Assembly: GCF_000008625.1 (NCBI RefSeq)
Contig: NC_000918.1
Location: forward strand, 596,989-660,988
Length of the DNA stretch: 64,000 nucleotides
Origin: Aquifex aeolicus VF5
GTDB lineage: Bacteria; Aquificota; Aquificia; Aquificales; Aquificaceae
Direction: 5' to 3'
In this document: piece by piece, positions 10,519-20,988 of the stretch
Position numbering within the stretch: the stretch's first letter is position 1
How the letters are laid out: every line of letters starts with the position of its first letter
Program-made: the position numbers and the translations under genes
The notes under the pieces: model-generated
Database searches by the model: none
Told to the model about the DNA's origin: nothing
What the model saw: only the letters and a program-made list of their open reading frames with translations

Positions 10519-11097
10519 ATGGATGTGTTCGTTCTCGACACGAGCGTTTTCACAAACCCGGAGATATACAGAACCTTTGAAGAGGATCAGAGAGGAGCTA
10601 TGGAAACCTTTATACACCTTGCCCTGAATTCCAGAGCTGAGTTTTACATGCCCACTTCCGTTTACACGGAAATGAGAAAAATAATGGATGTGGGGGAACT
10701 CTGGGCGGAATTTGAGATGGTGGTAAAGATACGCTCTCCCAGGAGGTTTCAATTAACTGTTCCCGCGGATTTTCTCTATGAGTTCATAGAAGAACTCAGA
10801 TATAGGATTAATAAAGGTTTGAGGATAGCGGAAGAACACACGAGGGAAGCGAGCGGTTGTGAAGACGTCGGGAAATTAATAGCTAGGCTCAGGGAGAAGT
10901 ACAGGGAAGCCCTCAGGCAGGGAATACTCGACAGTAAAGAGGACGTGGATGTGCTGCTCCTTGCCTACGAACTGGACGGGGTTCTCGTTTCGGCGGATGA
11001 AGGCCTCAGAACATGGGCGGACAAGATAGGTATAAAACTCATAGACCCTAAGAATTTCAAAAACATTTTAGAGAGCTTGGTAAGACACAGGTTTTAA
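10519..11097 (+). CDS. PIN-like protein of the HARP family (Aq_880-like protein-only RNase P)
   Basis: 192 aa starting [15 protein letters not shown]. The size and N-terminus match my memory of the A. aeolicus minimal protein-only RNase P (about 23 kDa). The call rests on memory and was not searched. Confidence 0.6.
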
Positions 11098-12980
11098 ATG
11101 AGACGCCCGCCCTTCAGGGCGTCCCTCACCGCCTTTTCTATACCTTCAGCGTCTATACCGACGAGGTTTCTGAGTATGTCCTGCTTTCCGTGTTCTATGA
11201 ACCTGTCCGGCACACCTAAGTTTATTACCCTCTTCATTATTCCTTCCCTTGCGAAAAACTCCAGAACTCCGCTTCCAAAGCCTCCAACTACCGTATTGTC
11301 TTCAACGGTTATGAATGTGTCGTACCTATTTGCGAGGTCTCTGAGCATTTTCTCGTCCATCGGCTTTACGAACCTCGCGTTGACTACACCTACCCTTATC
11401 CCTTCCTTGTAGAGTTTTTCCGCGGCTCTAAGGGCTTGGTATACGGGGTATCCCACCGCAAGTATAACGCAGTCCTCACCTTCCAGAAGCTCCTCCCAAG
11501 TTCCTATTTCTATCTTTTTAAAACCTTCGGTAGGAACTCCGTAAGCCGCACCCCTCGGATACCTCAGGGCGAAAGGCTTTCCGCTGTATATACCAGTGTA
11601 AAGGAGGTCCCTGAGCTCCTGTTCATCTTTTGGAGCGCAAACTACCATATTGGGAACGCATCTCAGGTAAGAGAGGTCAAAAACTCCGTGGTGGGTGGGA
11701 CCGTCGTCTCCGACAAGTCCCGCCCTGTCTATTGCGAAGGTAACGGGCAGGTTCTGGAGTGCTACGTCGTGGATTACCTGGTCGTAAGCCCTCTGGAGGA
11801 AAGTGGAGTAGTATGCTGCGACTGGTCTTAGTCCTTCTGCGGCGAGTCCTGCAGCAAAGGTGCAAGCGTGCTGTTCAGCAATTCCTACGTCAAAGAACCT
11901 GTCAGGGAACCTCTTTGCGAACTCAACGAGTCCCGAACCTTCCCTCATGGCGGGAGTAATTGCCACGATTTTCTCGTCCCTTTCAGCCAGTTCCACGAGT
12001 GCCTTTCCAAAGACCGAGGTCCAGGTGGGAGGAGAGCTTTTTTTAATGATTTCTCCGGACTCAACCTTGTAGGGCGCAACTCCGTGCCACTTTACGGGAT
12101 TTTCCTCCGCAGGCTTGTAGCCCTTTCCCTTCTTCGTGTAAACGTGGAGAAGGACGGGTCCCTTTATATCTTTCACGTTGTTTAATGTATCCTCAAGGGC
12201 CTTTATGTCGTGTCCGTCTATGGGACCTATGTAATTAAAACCGAGTTCCTCGAAAATAACTCCGGGTGATATTAGACCCTTGAGGAACTCCTCCGTGAGC
12301 TTCATTATCCTGAGAGGAGTCTCCCCGAAGTGCTGTAAGAAATTCTTAATCTTTTGTCTCGTTTCTTGAACGAAATGCCCGCTTATTATCCTGTTCAGGT
12401 ATGTGGATATCGCTCCTACATTCGGAGATATAGACATCTCGTTGTCGTTCAGTATCACGATAAACCTGTCCGGTCTTATGTGTCCCGCGTTGTTTAGAGC
12501 CTCGTAAGCCATACCCGCCGTGAGTGCACCGTCCCCTATTACCGCTATAACGTAATCCTCTTTTTCTCCTTTCAGGTCCTTTCCTATCCTGAAGCCCAGG
12601 GCTGCAGAAATAGAGGTAGAGCTGTGTCCTGCTCCGAAGGCGTCGTATATGCTCTCCTCTCTTCTCAAAAATCCCGAAATGCCCTTATACTGTCTCAAAG
12701 TAGGGAATTGCTCTTTTCTGTCTGTGAGTATCTTCCATGGGTATCCCTGGTGTCCTATGTCCCAGACTATTACGTCCTCAGGCGGGTTGAAAACCCTCAG
12801 GAGTGCTATCGTTAATTCAACAACACCAAGGCTCGGACCTACATGTCCTCCGTTCTTTGAAGTTACATTTATGATGTAATCCCTTACCTCTTGAGCGAGC
12901 TTCTGGAGCGTTTCATAATCGTAATTCTTTATATCAAAAGGCCCTTTATAGTCCTTCAAGATCTCGTACTTCTCAAGCAT
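11094..12980 (-). CDS. dxs: 1-deoxy-D-xylulose-5-phosphate synthase
   Basis: 628 aa with the TPP-binding N-terminus [16 protein letters not shown] and [16 protein letters not shown], which are transketolase-like domains. Confidence 0.95.
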
Positions 12981-13001
12981 AGTGAATAAGTTATTCCATC
13001 C

Positions 13002-13421
13002 TCAGAAGAACATCAATCTGAGAAGCCATCCGAAGATAACTACGCTCAATACAAGCCCGAGTCCCACAACTCCCACAAGTACTCCTATCTTCCAGTTCAG
13101 ATCCTTTTGCTTTATCCATATAAGGGGGAAGGTTGCGAGTGTATAGAGCATCAGGAGTATCCCGAGCCACTTGTGGGGGAACAGGAATATGAAGGTTACC
13201 TTTTGTTGAACGTAAGGGTTTGTGGCCTGAGAGAGTCCGGTTATCACCGCAAGAACTACAAACACAGCGGAAATTGCGTGGTTAAAGAGTCCGTGGTGCA
13301 GGAAAAATAGAACGTGTCTCCTAAAGCCGTAGTAAACTACGTAGCTCAAGTAAGTCACAAAAATGAGTCCCACGAGGAAGTAATTTACTAGTGGGTGAAG
13401 CTTTCCCATACTTTTAATCAT
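13002..13421 (-). CDS. hypothetical polytopic membrane protein (139 aa), translationally coupled to the reverse gyrase gene
   Basis: Has 4 predicted TM helices. Its start overlaps the stop of the upstream reverse gyrase gene (ATGA-type overlap). Confidence 0.4.
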   Translation of the reverse strand: MIKSMGKLHPLVNYFLVGLIFVTYLSYVVYYGFRRHVLFFLHHGLFNHAISAVFVVLAVITGLSQATNPYVQQKVTFIFLFPHKWLGILLMLYTLATFPLIWIKQKDLNWKIGVLVGVVGLGLVLSVVIFGWLLRLMFF

Positions 13422-16400
13422 ACATTCGCTTTTTCAAACTCGTTCACCTTTTTGTAAAGCTCGTCCAGAACCTGGAGGTAGTCTTCCTTCCCTTCTTCTA
13501 CCTTATCCATTAACTCTTCAAGTTTTCTAGTAAACTCTTCCGAGACGAAAGGCATTATCTTTTCTCTGCTTTTGAGGAATTCGTAAACCTGCTTTCCGAG
13601 CTTCGTAGGAATTAAGAAGCCGTGTCTTTCTATAACGTAGCCCCTTTCAAGGAGTTTGGAAACTATCGTGGCGTAAGTGGATGGTCTGCCTATTCCCCTT
13701 CTCTTCATCTCTTCAACTAAGGAACCTTGAGTATATAGGTAAGCCATTGGAACGCTCTTTAGTTCTTTTTTGTCTTCCACATACACGCTCCCTTTCAGGT
13801 CCGGCTGGAGTTCTAATGGGTACACTTTGTTAAAACCTTCTTCAAGAATTTCGGTTGTGAGTATGAGTTCTTGTTCCCTGCCGAGGGCTTTTACTTTCAC
13901 TTTCTTGGTTTTTACCTTAACGGGCTTCATCTGAGATGCCATGAACCTCTTGAAGATTAACTCGTAAAGAAGTAGATGTTCTCTTGTGAGGTTCTGGAGC
14001 TGTCCCGCGAGCATCATACTCCTTAGGTCCTCAACGTCTAAAGGCTTTGTGGGTCTTATACACTCGTGAGCACCGCCCTCTCCCCAAACCCTCGGATAGA
14101 AAAGTTCCTTTCCGAGTTCCTCGCTTATCCACTCTTTCGCCACTCCTATCCCGACGTCCGAAACGCGCGTGGAGTCTGTCCTGTGGTAAGTTATAAGACC
14201 GTACTCAAAGAGTTCCTGGGCGAGTTGCATCAATTTCGGCACGGATATCCTGTAGCGGTCCGAGGCTTCTTTAAGCATGGTGTCGGTGGTAAAGGGCGGA
14301 GGTGGATTTTTCAGTTCTTCTCTTTCTTCAAGAACTTCAACGTCAATCTCTTTCAGGTTTTCGTAAAACTCCTTTGCTTCCTTTTTGTCCTGAAACTCAA
14401 AACCGAGCCTAAGCCACCTTCCGTTTTCTTTAAAGGTTATCTGAACTACATGCTTTTTCTTTCTGTAAAGTTTTTCCCTCTCTATAATCCAGCCGAGAAC
14501 GGGTATCTGAACTCTACCGCCAGAAAGCCAGTGTTTATCAAAAGCTTGCTGTACTATCCTTGAAACTTCAAAGCCAACCCACCTGTCCGCTATTCTCCTA
14601 ACGAGCTGAGCCTTTACGAGGTTTTCGTTAAAGTCCCTCGGGTTTTCCACGGCGTGTTTTATAGCCTTTCTCGTCACCTCGTGAAACTCAATCCTTTCCA
14701 CGTTGGGGATGTAGGGACTTAGCAGTGCTCCGAGGTCCCAGCCTATCTTTTCCCCTTCCGTGTCTGGGTCCGTTCCGATGAGCACCGTGTCCACCTCCTG
14801 AGCGAGTTCCCTCAGTCCCTTTACTATGTTCTCCTTTCCTTCTATAACTTCGTAAATGGGAACGTATTCACCGTTTTTCGCTATTACGCCGTGGAATTCC
14901 TTGTCCTTCACAAGGTCAAAAACGTGTCCGAGTGATGCCGTAATCATTATGTAAAGGTCCCCAACCATTACCTCAAGAACGTCTATGCCCCCTATCTTTC
15001 TGCCCATGGGTTTTCCGAAGAAGTTTGCTATGGTTCTGGCTTTGTTAGGGCTTTCTACCACTACCAGTACGGGCTTGACGTGCTCCTTTTGCTCCGCTTT
15101 TACCTTTCCTTCCAGGATTTCCCTTACCTTCTTCCTGTCCTCGTCTATTTCCCTTAGGACTTCTTTCAGGTCCACTTCTTCAATTTTCTTGAAGTTTATG
15201 TCCTGATTGAACCACCTTACCTTCTTTTCTAAGTTCTTGAAAGCCCTTCTGTCGTCAACGAGAACGTGGCTCAGACCTTTCGTAAGTCCACCAGCGTACA
15301 TTCTTGAAGTTCTTCCGCTCGCCTGAAGGTATCCCGTCACGTCCGCAACGACGAGTTCAAACCCTTCCTCTCCGAGTCTGAGAGTTAACTCTTCAGAGTT
15401 TTTTATCTTTTCAACGATATCTTCCCTCAGCAAGAACTCCTGAACTTCTTTTCTCAGGTTCTCAATCCTATCTTTTAAATCAGGCCTCTCCTCAACGAAG
15501 TCATCGCTCAGGAAGGAATACCTCCTTAGCCTCTGTATCCACGTGTCAACCTTCTTTACTTCACTCTTCAGTTTTTCGTCCTTGAGGATTATAGGTCTCA
15601 GAGAGAGGAGTGCCCAGAGGAGGTGGGAGACAGAGGTTTCTACTTTGAGGGGAACTCTTATTTTCGGAACGCCGTAGAAGATTGCGTACCTGACCACGTG
15701 GGGAAGGTCAATCCCGCGAGCCAAGGGGTTTTTAAAGGAAGAGATACCTATCGCTACCTGTGCTTCTCCCTTCTCAAAGAGTTTTAGATCCTCTTCGTAG
15801 GTGACCGCCTTAACTCCGTGGCTTTCTAAGAACTTTTTAACCTCTTCAACAGCTTCCCTTCCGTAATCAGATGAGACAAAGACGAGTCCTCCCTTTCCGA
15901 ATTCTTTAACTCTCTTTAGGAGTGTTTCCTTTAAGTTTTGGGTTTCCTCGTAGGTTTCCACTATGTTTCTGAGAAGGACGCTCGGCTTTCCGACTTCAAA
16001 TCCCAGTAGTTCCCTAAAAAGCTTTATCCTGTTTGAACGGGGATTTCCGGTGGCGGAAGAAACCGCAAGAACTCCCTTTTTCTTTTTGGCTATCTCCCTG
16101 AGTTCCTCGCTCCTTTTCTTTATCTCCTCCCAGTCCTCTTCACTCTTATTTGGTTTTTCTTTCAGTCTAATGAGTTCAAAAGCCTTGTGTATGTCTTCCT
16201 CGGAAAAACCGAGGAGGTAGAGAACCTTGTCTACGTTCTTTGCCGTCTTCAGGAAACTGTCCACGTCGTCTACGAAGATGAAGGAAAAGTCTTTGGGGAG
16301 TATCTCGTAATTTTTGTAAAGGAACATAGAAGTTGTGATGAGGATGTCAAAGTCTCCCTTCTGAATTCTTTCCTTTAACTCTTTTTTCTTCTTTTCCGAG

Positions 16401-16858
16401 AGTTTGCCCCAGACTATTAATCTGTCCTCGTCAACGCCGAAGGTTTTTATCCTCTCTGATACCTGCTCAACGAGGAGTTGTGTGGGAAGTATTATGTAGG
16501 ACTTTTTCCCCTGCTTTGCGAGGTAAGATGCCATGGAAAGCCCGAAAGTGGTTTTTCCCACTCCCGTGGGGGCGAGCATGGCAAAGCTCCTTCCGAGGAA
16601 TACCTTCCTAGCCCATGACTTTTGCAAACTCCACGGAGAAGTCCCCAATATCTCTTTAAAGAAATCTTCCCAGTCTTTCAGCTCGGATAAGAGTTCGCAG
16701 AACTCTTTAAAGCTCCCATTCTCCAGTTTCTGACAGACTTCCTCTCTATTTACTTCTTCGGGAAGACACTTTTCACAGGGAAGACCTTTTAGCAGTCTTT
16801 CGGCGGATATCTCGCCACCGCAGTTCGGACACAGAGTATCAAAAATAGCCTTAATCAT
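13418..16858 (-). CDS. rgy: reverse gyrase
   Basis: 1146 aa with an N-terminal Zn finger (CPNCGG...CEKC), a helicase domain (MLAPTGVGKTTFG, DVDS) and a type IA topoisomerase domain (ESPNKARTIANFFGK). Confidence 0.95.
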   Translation of the reverse strand: MIKAIFDTLCPNCGGEISAERLLKGLPCEKCLPEEVNREEVCQKLENGSFKEFCELLSELKDWEDFFKEILGTSPWSLQKSWARKVFLGRSFAMLAPTGVGKTTFGLSMASYLAKQGKKSYIILPTQLLVEQVSERIKTFGVDEDRLIVWGKLSEKKKKELKERIQKGDFDILITTSMFLYKNYEILPKDFSFIFVDDVDSFLKTAKNVDKVLYLLGFSEEDIHKAFELIRLKEKPNKSEEDWEEIKKRSEELREIAKKKKGVLAVSSATGNPRSNRIKLFRELLGFEVGKPSVLLRNIVETYEETQNLKETLLKRVKEFGKGGLVFVSSDYGREAVEEVKKFLESHGVKAVTYEEDLKLFEKGEAQVAIGISSFKNPLARGIDLPHVVRYAIFYGVPKIRVPLKVETSVSHLLWALLSLRPIILKDEKLKSEVKKVDTWIQRLRRYSFLSDDFVEERPDLKDRIENLRKEVQEFLLREDIVEKIKNSEELTLRLGEEGFELVVADVTGYLQASGRTSRMYAGGLTKGLSHVLVDDRRAFKNLEKKVRWFNQDINFKKIEEVDLKEVLREIDEDRKKVREILEGKVKAEQKEHVKPVLVVVESPNKARTIANFFGKPMGRKIGGIDVLEVMVGDLYIMITASLGHVFDLVKDKEFHGVIAKNGEYVPIYEVIEGKENIVKGLRELAQEVDTVLIGTDPDTEGEKIGWDLGALLSPYIPNVERIEFHEVTRKAIKHAVENPRDFNENLVKAQLVRRIADRWVGFEVSRIVQQAFDKHWLSGGRVQIPVLGWIIEREKLYRKKKHVVQITFKENGRWLRLGFEFQDKKEAKEFYENLKEIDVEVLEEREELKNPPPPFTTDTMLKEASDRYRISVPKLMQLAQELFEYGLITYHRTDSTRVSDVGIGVAKEWISEELGKELFYPRVWGEGGAHECIRPTKPLDVEDLRSMMLAGQLQNLTREHLLLYELIFKRFMASQMKPVKVKTKKVKVKALGREQELILTTEILEEGFNKVYPLELQPDLKGSVYVEDKKELKSVPMAYLYTQGSLVEEMKRRGIGRPSTYATIVSKLLERGYVIERHGFLIPTKLGKQVYEFLKSREKIMPFVSEEFTRKLEELMDKVEEGKEDYLQVLDELYKKVNEFEKANV

Positions 16859-16997
16859 AAGAAAGAATGATATTACGAGGCGGGGAAATCTTCTCAGGCA
16901 ATTACTCTGATACTTGTCATCTTCGGGAAAGAGGTATATCTTAATAATCGTAAGCTAAACTTAGTTTAAAAAATCAAACTCAAAGGAGGTGGGAACC

Positions 16998-17435
16998 ATG
17001 GCACTCTTTGACGAATGGTATCAAAAAGGACACCAGATCGTCCACGAAGTTATGAAGGAGCTCGGAATTGAAGATGAGCACAAAGCCTTCAGACTTCTGA
17101 GAGCTGTTCTCCAAACCTTAAGGGATAGACTCCCCGCCAGTGAAGGAAAGGACTTTGCAGCTCAACTTCCGATGGTTTTGAAAGCAGTCTGGTGTGACGG
17201 CTGGGATCCAACAAGAGTGCCCGACAAGAGCATAAAACACAAACAGGACTTCCTTGAAAGAGTTATGAACCATCCCGGACTCAGGAGACCTGCGGACATT
17301 GAAAGCCTTGAAGACGCAGAAAGAGTTGTAACAGCAGTATTCAGAGTTCTAAAGAGACACATTTCTTACGGAGAGATAAAGGACGTCCTGAGCGAACTCC
17401 CCGAAGACATAAGAGAAATGTTAGAAAACGCTTAA
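16998..17435 (+). CDS. DUF2267-like conserved hypothetical protein
   Basis: The ATG at 16998 lies 7 nt after AGGAGGTG. The GTG at 16989 given in the ORF track sits inside that SD sequence. Confidence 0.5.
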   Translation: MALFDEWYQKGHQIVHEVMKELGIEDEHKAFRLLRAVLQTLRDRLPASEGKDFAAQLPMVLKAVWCDGWDPTRVPDKSIKHKQDFLERVMNHPGLRRPADIESLEDAERVVTAVFRVLKRHISYGEIKDVLSELPEDIREMLENA

Positions 17436-17478
17436 TTTTTCCTTTCCCCTTTCTAAATTTTTTTATTGGAGTTGGAAT

Positions 17479-18282
17479 ATGAGGGTAAGAGAGCCGGCAG
17501 TTGCAGGAACTTTTTACCCGAAGGATAAGGAAGAGCTAAATAAGTTAATGGATTTACTCTGCGGTTTCGAGCCAAAGGAAAAGATAAAACCCAAAGCCAT
17601 TTTAGTTCCCCACGCGGGCTACATATACAGCGGAAAAACCGCCTGTGAAGTTTACAAGAGGATTGAGATTCCCGAAAAGGTTGTGCTTCTTGGACCCAAC
17701 CACACGGGACTTGGAAAACCGATATCCGTGTACAGCGGAGATGCATGGGAAACCCCTTACGGAGTTGTTGAGATTGACGGAGAACTGAGGGAGAAAATCT
17801 TAAAATACCCCTACGCAAACCCTGACGAATACGCACATTTGTACGAGCACTCTCTGGAAGTCCAGCTTCCCTTCCTCCAGAGGTACGCAAGAAGGGAGTT
17901 TAAGATACTCCCCATAGTTGTAACCTTTGTGGAGTATGAAGTTGCAAAAGATTTCGGAAGGTTCTTGGGAGAAGTTCTGAAGGAAGAAGACGCCCTCATA
18001 GTTATAAGCTCGGACATGAGCCACTACGTTCCCGCCGAGGAAGCGAGAAAGAAGGACGAGATACTCATATCCGCCATGGAAAGACTAAACACCGAGGAGC
18101 TCTACTTTAAGGCTGTTCAATACAACATAACAATGTGCGGAGTTGTGCCTGCGGTTGTAGGAATAGAGTCGGCAAAAGTGCTCGGAGCAACGAAGGGAAT
18201 AGTGGTTGATTACTCAAACTCCGGAGACACGACGGGAGACTACTCTCAGGTGGTAGCTTACTTAGGAATGATTTTCCTTTAA
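17479..18282 (+). CDS. MEMO1 family protein (AmmeMemoRadiSam system protein B-like)
   Basis: Reads MRVREPAVAGTFYPKD...AILVPHAGYIYSGKTA, the Memo/LigB-like extradiol dioxygenase-type fold signature. Confidence 0.8.
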   Translation: MRVREPAVAGTFYPKDKEELNKLMDLLCGFEPKEKIKPKAILVPHAGYIYSGKTACEVYKRIEIPEKVVLLGPNHTGLGKPISVYSGDAWETPYGVVEIDGELREKILKYPYANPDEYAHLYEHSLEVQLPFLQRYARREFKILPIVVTFVEYEVAKDFGRFLGEVLKEEDALIVISSDMSHYVPAEEARKKDEILISAMERLNTEELYFKAVQYNITMCGVVPAVVGIESAKVLGATKGIVVDYSNSGDTTGDYSQVVAYLGMIFL

Positions 18283-19206
18283 TACTTCACTCACGAGAAC
18301 GCCTTCTCTGAGTCCCCAGTCGCTCACGATTAAACAATCCTTTTCAAAAATTTCTAAGGTTTTTAAGAATATGCCTATTCCCGCGAGGATTACCTTTGCC
18401 CTCCTGTCCTCAACCTGCCTGAACCTCTTACTCCTTTCCTCCGAAGGGATTTCTTTGAAAGTATCAAACCACTTCTTTATCTGTCCGTAAGTCAAAACTT
18501 TTCCGTGAACTTTCTGTGGGTCGTAAGGGTAAACGTTATACTCAAGTGCCGCCAGAGTCGTTATAGTTCCGCCCAGTCCCACAATCGTGTCAACAGGTTT
18601 CTTTACCTTACTAAGTTCCTTCTCTAAAAATTCAAAAAATCTTTTGACTTCCTCTTCCGTTGGAGGGTCCTGCTTGAAGAAGGTCTCGGTCAAGTTCACT
18701 ATACCTATGGGTAGGGAAATTACTTCCCTCACTTTATACCCCTTTCCGAAAACGTATTCCGTTGAACCACCCCCCTGGTCCACTACACAAACCTCTCCTT
18801 CGGGCTTTAAAGAGTATGCAACCGCAAGGTAGGCATATCTCCCTTCCTGTTCGGGAGTAATCACTTCAACTACGAGTCCGACTTCTCTTTTTACCCTCTC
18901 CAGAAATTCCTCTGCGTTTTTTGCCCTCCTTATTGCCTCCGTTGCTACGGCCTTTACCCGTTCTACCTTGAATTCATCAATTAACTTCTTATACTCCTTC
19001 AGCACCTGAATGGTTTCCTCTATCCTGTCCTCTTGAAGCCTTCCCGTTTCCTTTACCTTTGTCCCGAGGGAGGTAATCCTTCCCCTCTCAAGGATTATGG
19101 AGAGTTTTCCGTCTTTGATTTGGGCTATCGTTAGTCTCACGGAGTAGGAGCCTATGTCTATGGACGCCACCCTCATAATTGGTTTATTATCTAAAGACAT
19201 GGGCAA
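18262..19206 (-). CDS. ppx: Ppx/GppA family exopolyphosphatase/guanosine pentaphosphate phosphohydrolase
   Basis: MRVASIDIGSYSVRLTIA matches the Ppx/GppA N-terminal actin-like fold. The real start is more likely the ATG at 19176 than 19206. Confidence 0.85.
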   Translation of the reverse strand: MPMSLDNKPIMRVASIDIGSYSVRLTIAQIKDGKLSIILERGRITSLGTKVKETGRLQEDRIEETIQVLKEYKKLIDEFKVERVKAVATEAIRRAKNAEEFLERVKREVGLVVEVITPEQEGRYAYLAVAYSLKPEGEVCVVDQGGGSTEYVFGKGYKVREVISLPIGIVNLTETFFKQDPPTEEEVKRFFEFLEKELSKVKKPVDTIVGLGGTITTLAALEYNVYPYDPQKVHGKVLTYGQIKKWFDTFKEIPSEERSKRFRQVEDRRAKVILAGIGIFLKTLEIFEKDCLIVSDWGLREGVLVSEVLKENHS

Positions 19207-20140
19207 GCTCGCTTACGTTTTTCCCGGACAAGGTTCCCAATACGTGGGTATGGGATACGAGTTTTACAAGCAGTTCCACGAGACCGCTGACGTGGTTCAC
19301 GCGGTTGAACACTCCCTCAGAATGTCTTTAGACGATATCGTTGACGTTATGTTCAAGGGTCCAGAAGAGAAACTGAACAAAACCGTATACACCCAACCTG
19401 CACTCTTTGCGATTTCTCTCGGTATATACAAAGCCCTTGAGAGTATGGGATTTCCAAAGCCAGACTTTGTAGCGGGGCACTCCCTCGGAGAGTATACAGC
19501 CCTTGCTGTTGCGGGCGGGATAGACGTTCAGCTCGGGGCAAGACTCACCTATTACAGGGGAAAGTACATGCAGGAGGCTGTTCCCGAAGGAAAGGGAGCT
19601 ATGGTGGCGATTCTGAAACTCCCTCCTGAAAAGGTAGAAGAAGCGTGTGAAAGGGCGAAGGACGTCGGGGTGGTTGAACCGGCAAACTACAACTCATCTA
19701 CCCAAACCGTGATATCGGGGGAAAAGCCTGCGGTTGAAAAGGCCGCCCAGATAGCAAAGGAAATGGGTGGAAGGGCAATCCCGTTGAAGGTTTCAGTTCC
19801 CTCCCACTGCTCACTGATGAAACCCGCGGCGGACGCCTTTAGGCTTAAACTCGCTCAAGCTCCGATTCAAAATATTAAAATCCCTCTGGTTCAGAACTAC
19901 ACCGCAAAGGCTCACACCATGGCACACGAGATAAGGAACAACCTTTACCATCAGATATTTTCCCCGGTAAAGTGGTATCAGAGTGTTATATGGATGCACG
20001 AACAGGGAGTTGATACCTTCGTAGAAATAGGTCCAAAGAACGTTCTCTCAAAACTCATACAGCAAACGCTCCCGAACGTGAGGGTGTTTAACGTTGAAAA
20101 ACCAGAAGATGCGGAAAGCGTTTTAAAGGCGATAACATGA
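19199..20140 (+). CDS. fabD: malonyl CoA-ACP transacylase
   Basis: Contains AYVFPGQGSQYVGMG and the active site GHSLGEYTALAVAG. The N-terminal 15 codons in the ORF track overlap ppx, so I chose the internal ATG as the start. Confidence 0.9.
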   Translation: MGKLAYVFPGQGSQYVGMGYEFYKQFHETADVVHAVEHSLRMSLDDIVDVMFKGPEEKLNKTVYTQPALFAISLGIYKALESMGFPKPDFVAGHSLGEYTALAVAGGIDVQLGARLTYYRGKYMQEAVPEGKGAMVAILKLPPEKVEEACERAKDVGVVEPANYNSSTQTVISGEKPAVEKAAQIAKEMGGRAIPLKVSVPSHCSLMKPAADAFRLKLAQAPIQNIKIPLVQNYTAKAHTMAHEIRNNLYHQIFSPVKWYQSVIWMHEQGVDTFVEIGPKNVLSKLIQQTLPNVRVFNVEKPEDAESVLKAIT

Positions 20141-20988
20141 GGGCTCATCCCGAGTGCATTCCCTGTCTTATAAATCAGGGCCTGAACGCCGTAAAGAAGT
20201 TAAACCTTCCAAAAGAAAAGGAAATGGAAATAGCAACAAGGAGTTTAAAGTTCCTCTCCCAATTTGACACCTTTGACCGCTCCCCCGCTTACTACGCCTA
20301 CTTCATCCAGCAAATAGTGAAGGAAATTTCAGGAGAAGAGGACCCATTTAAAGACCTTAAAAAACTTGCAAACGAGAAAGCTCAGGAACTCCTGTCTAAA
20401 GTTCTCAAAGGAACACCCGACCTGAAGGAGGCTCTCAAGCTCTCCGCAATCGGAAACTTCATAGACTTCGCCATAAAAGGTGTGTTTGACCTTGAAAGGG
20501 AACTCCAAAAACTACTGGACAAAGATTTCCTGATTTTTGATTACGATAAGTTTCTTGAAAGGCTTGAGAACGCCAAAAGTGTTTTCATAATAGGGGACAA
20601 CGCGGGAGAGATAGTCTTTGACAAGGTCCTCGTAAAAACCTTAAAAGGCATGGGAAAGGAGGTCGTTTACGGAGTAAAGGGAAAACCAATTCTGAACGAC
20701 GCCACTCTGGAAGACGCGGAAGAAGTATCCATGACACGGCTTTGCAAGGTAATAGACAACGGCTCGGACAAGGTGGGAACGTGGCTTGAAGACTGCAAAA
20801 GGGAGTTTGTGGAAACCTTTTACAGTTCTGACATAGTTATAAGCAAGGGACAGGCTAACTTTGAGACCTTGAGCAGTGCGGACAGGGACCTTTTCTTCCT
20901 CCTCGTTGCAAAGTGTGACCCCATAGGAAGGGAAACGGGAGGGAAGAGAGGAGAGCTCATATTCAAGTACAAGCCCTCAAAGGATTAA
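20137..20988 (+). CDS. DUF89 (ARMT1-like) family protein
   Basis: N-terminal CIPC motif (MRAHPECIPCLINQ) and a length of 283 aa. Confidence 0.7.
   Translation: MRAHPECIPCLINQGLNAVKKLNLPKEKEMEIATRSLKFLSQFDTFDRSPAYYAYFIQQIVKEISGEEDPFKDLKKLANEKAQELLSKVLKGTPDLKEALKLSAIGNFIDFAIKGVFDLERELQKLLDKDFLIFDYDKFLERLENAKSVFIIGDNAGEIVFDKVLVKTLKGMGKEVVYGVKGKPILNDATLEDAEEVSMTRLCKVIDNGSDKVGTWLEDCKREFVETFYSSDIVISKGQANFETLSSADRDLFFLLVAKCDPIGRETGGKRGELIFKYKPSKD

Noticed and set aside
16859-16988. A 130-bp intergenic region after the reverse gyrase start, examined for an ncRNA or riboswitch
   Set aside because: I saw no convincing stem-loops or conserved motifs. It is most simply a divergent promoter region carrying the SD sequence for the DUF2267 gene.
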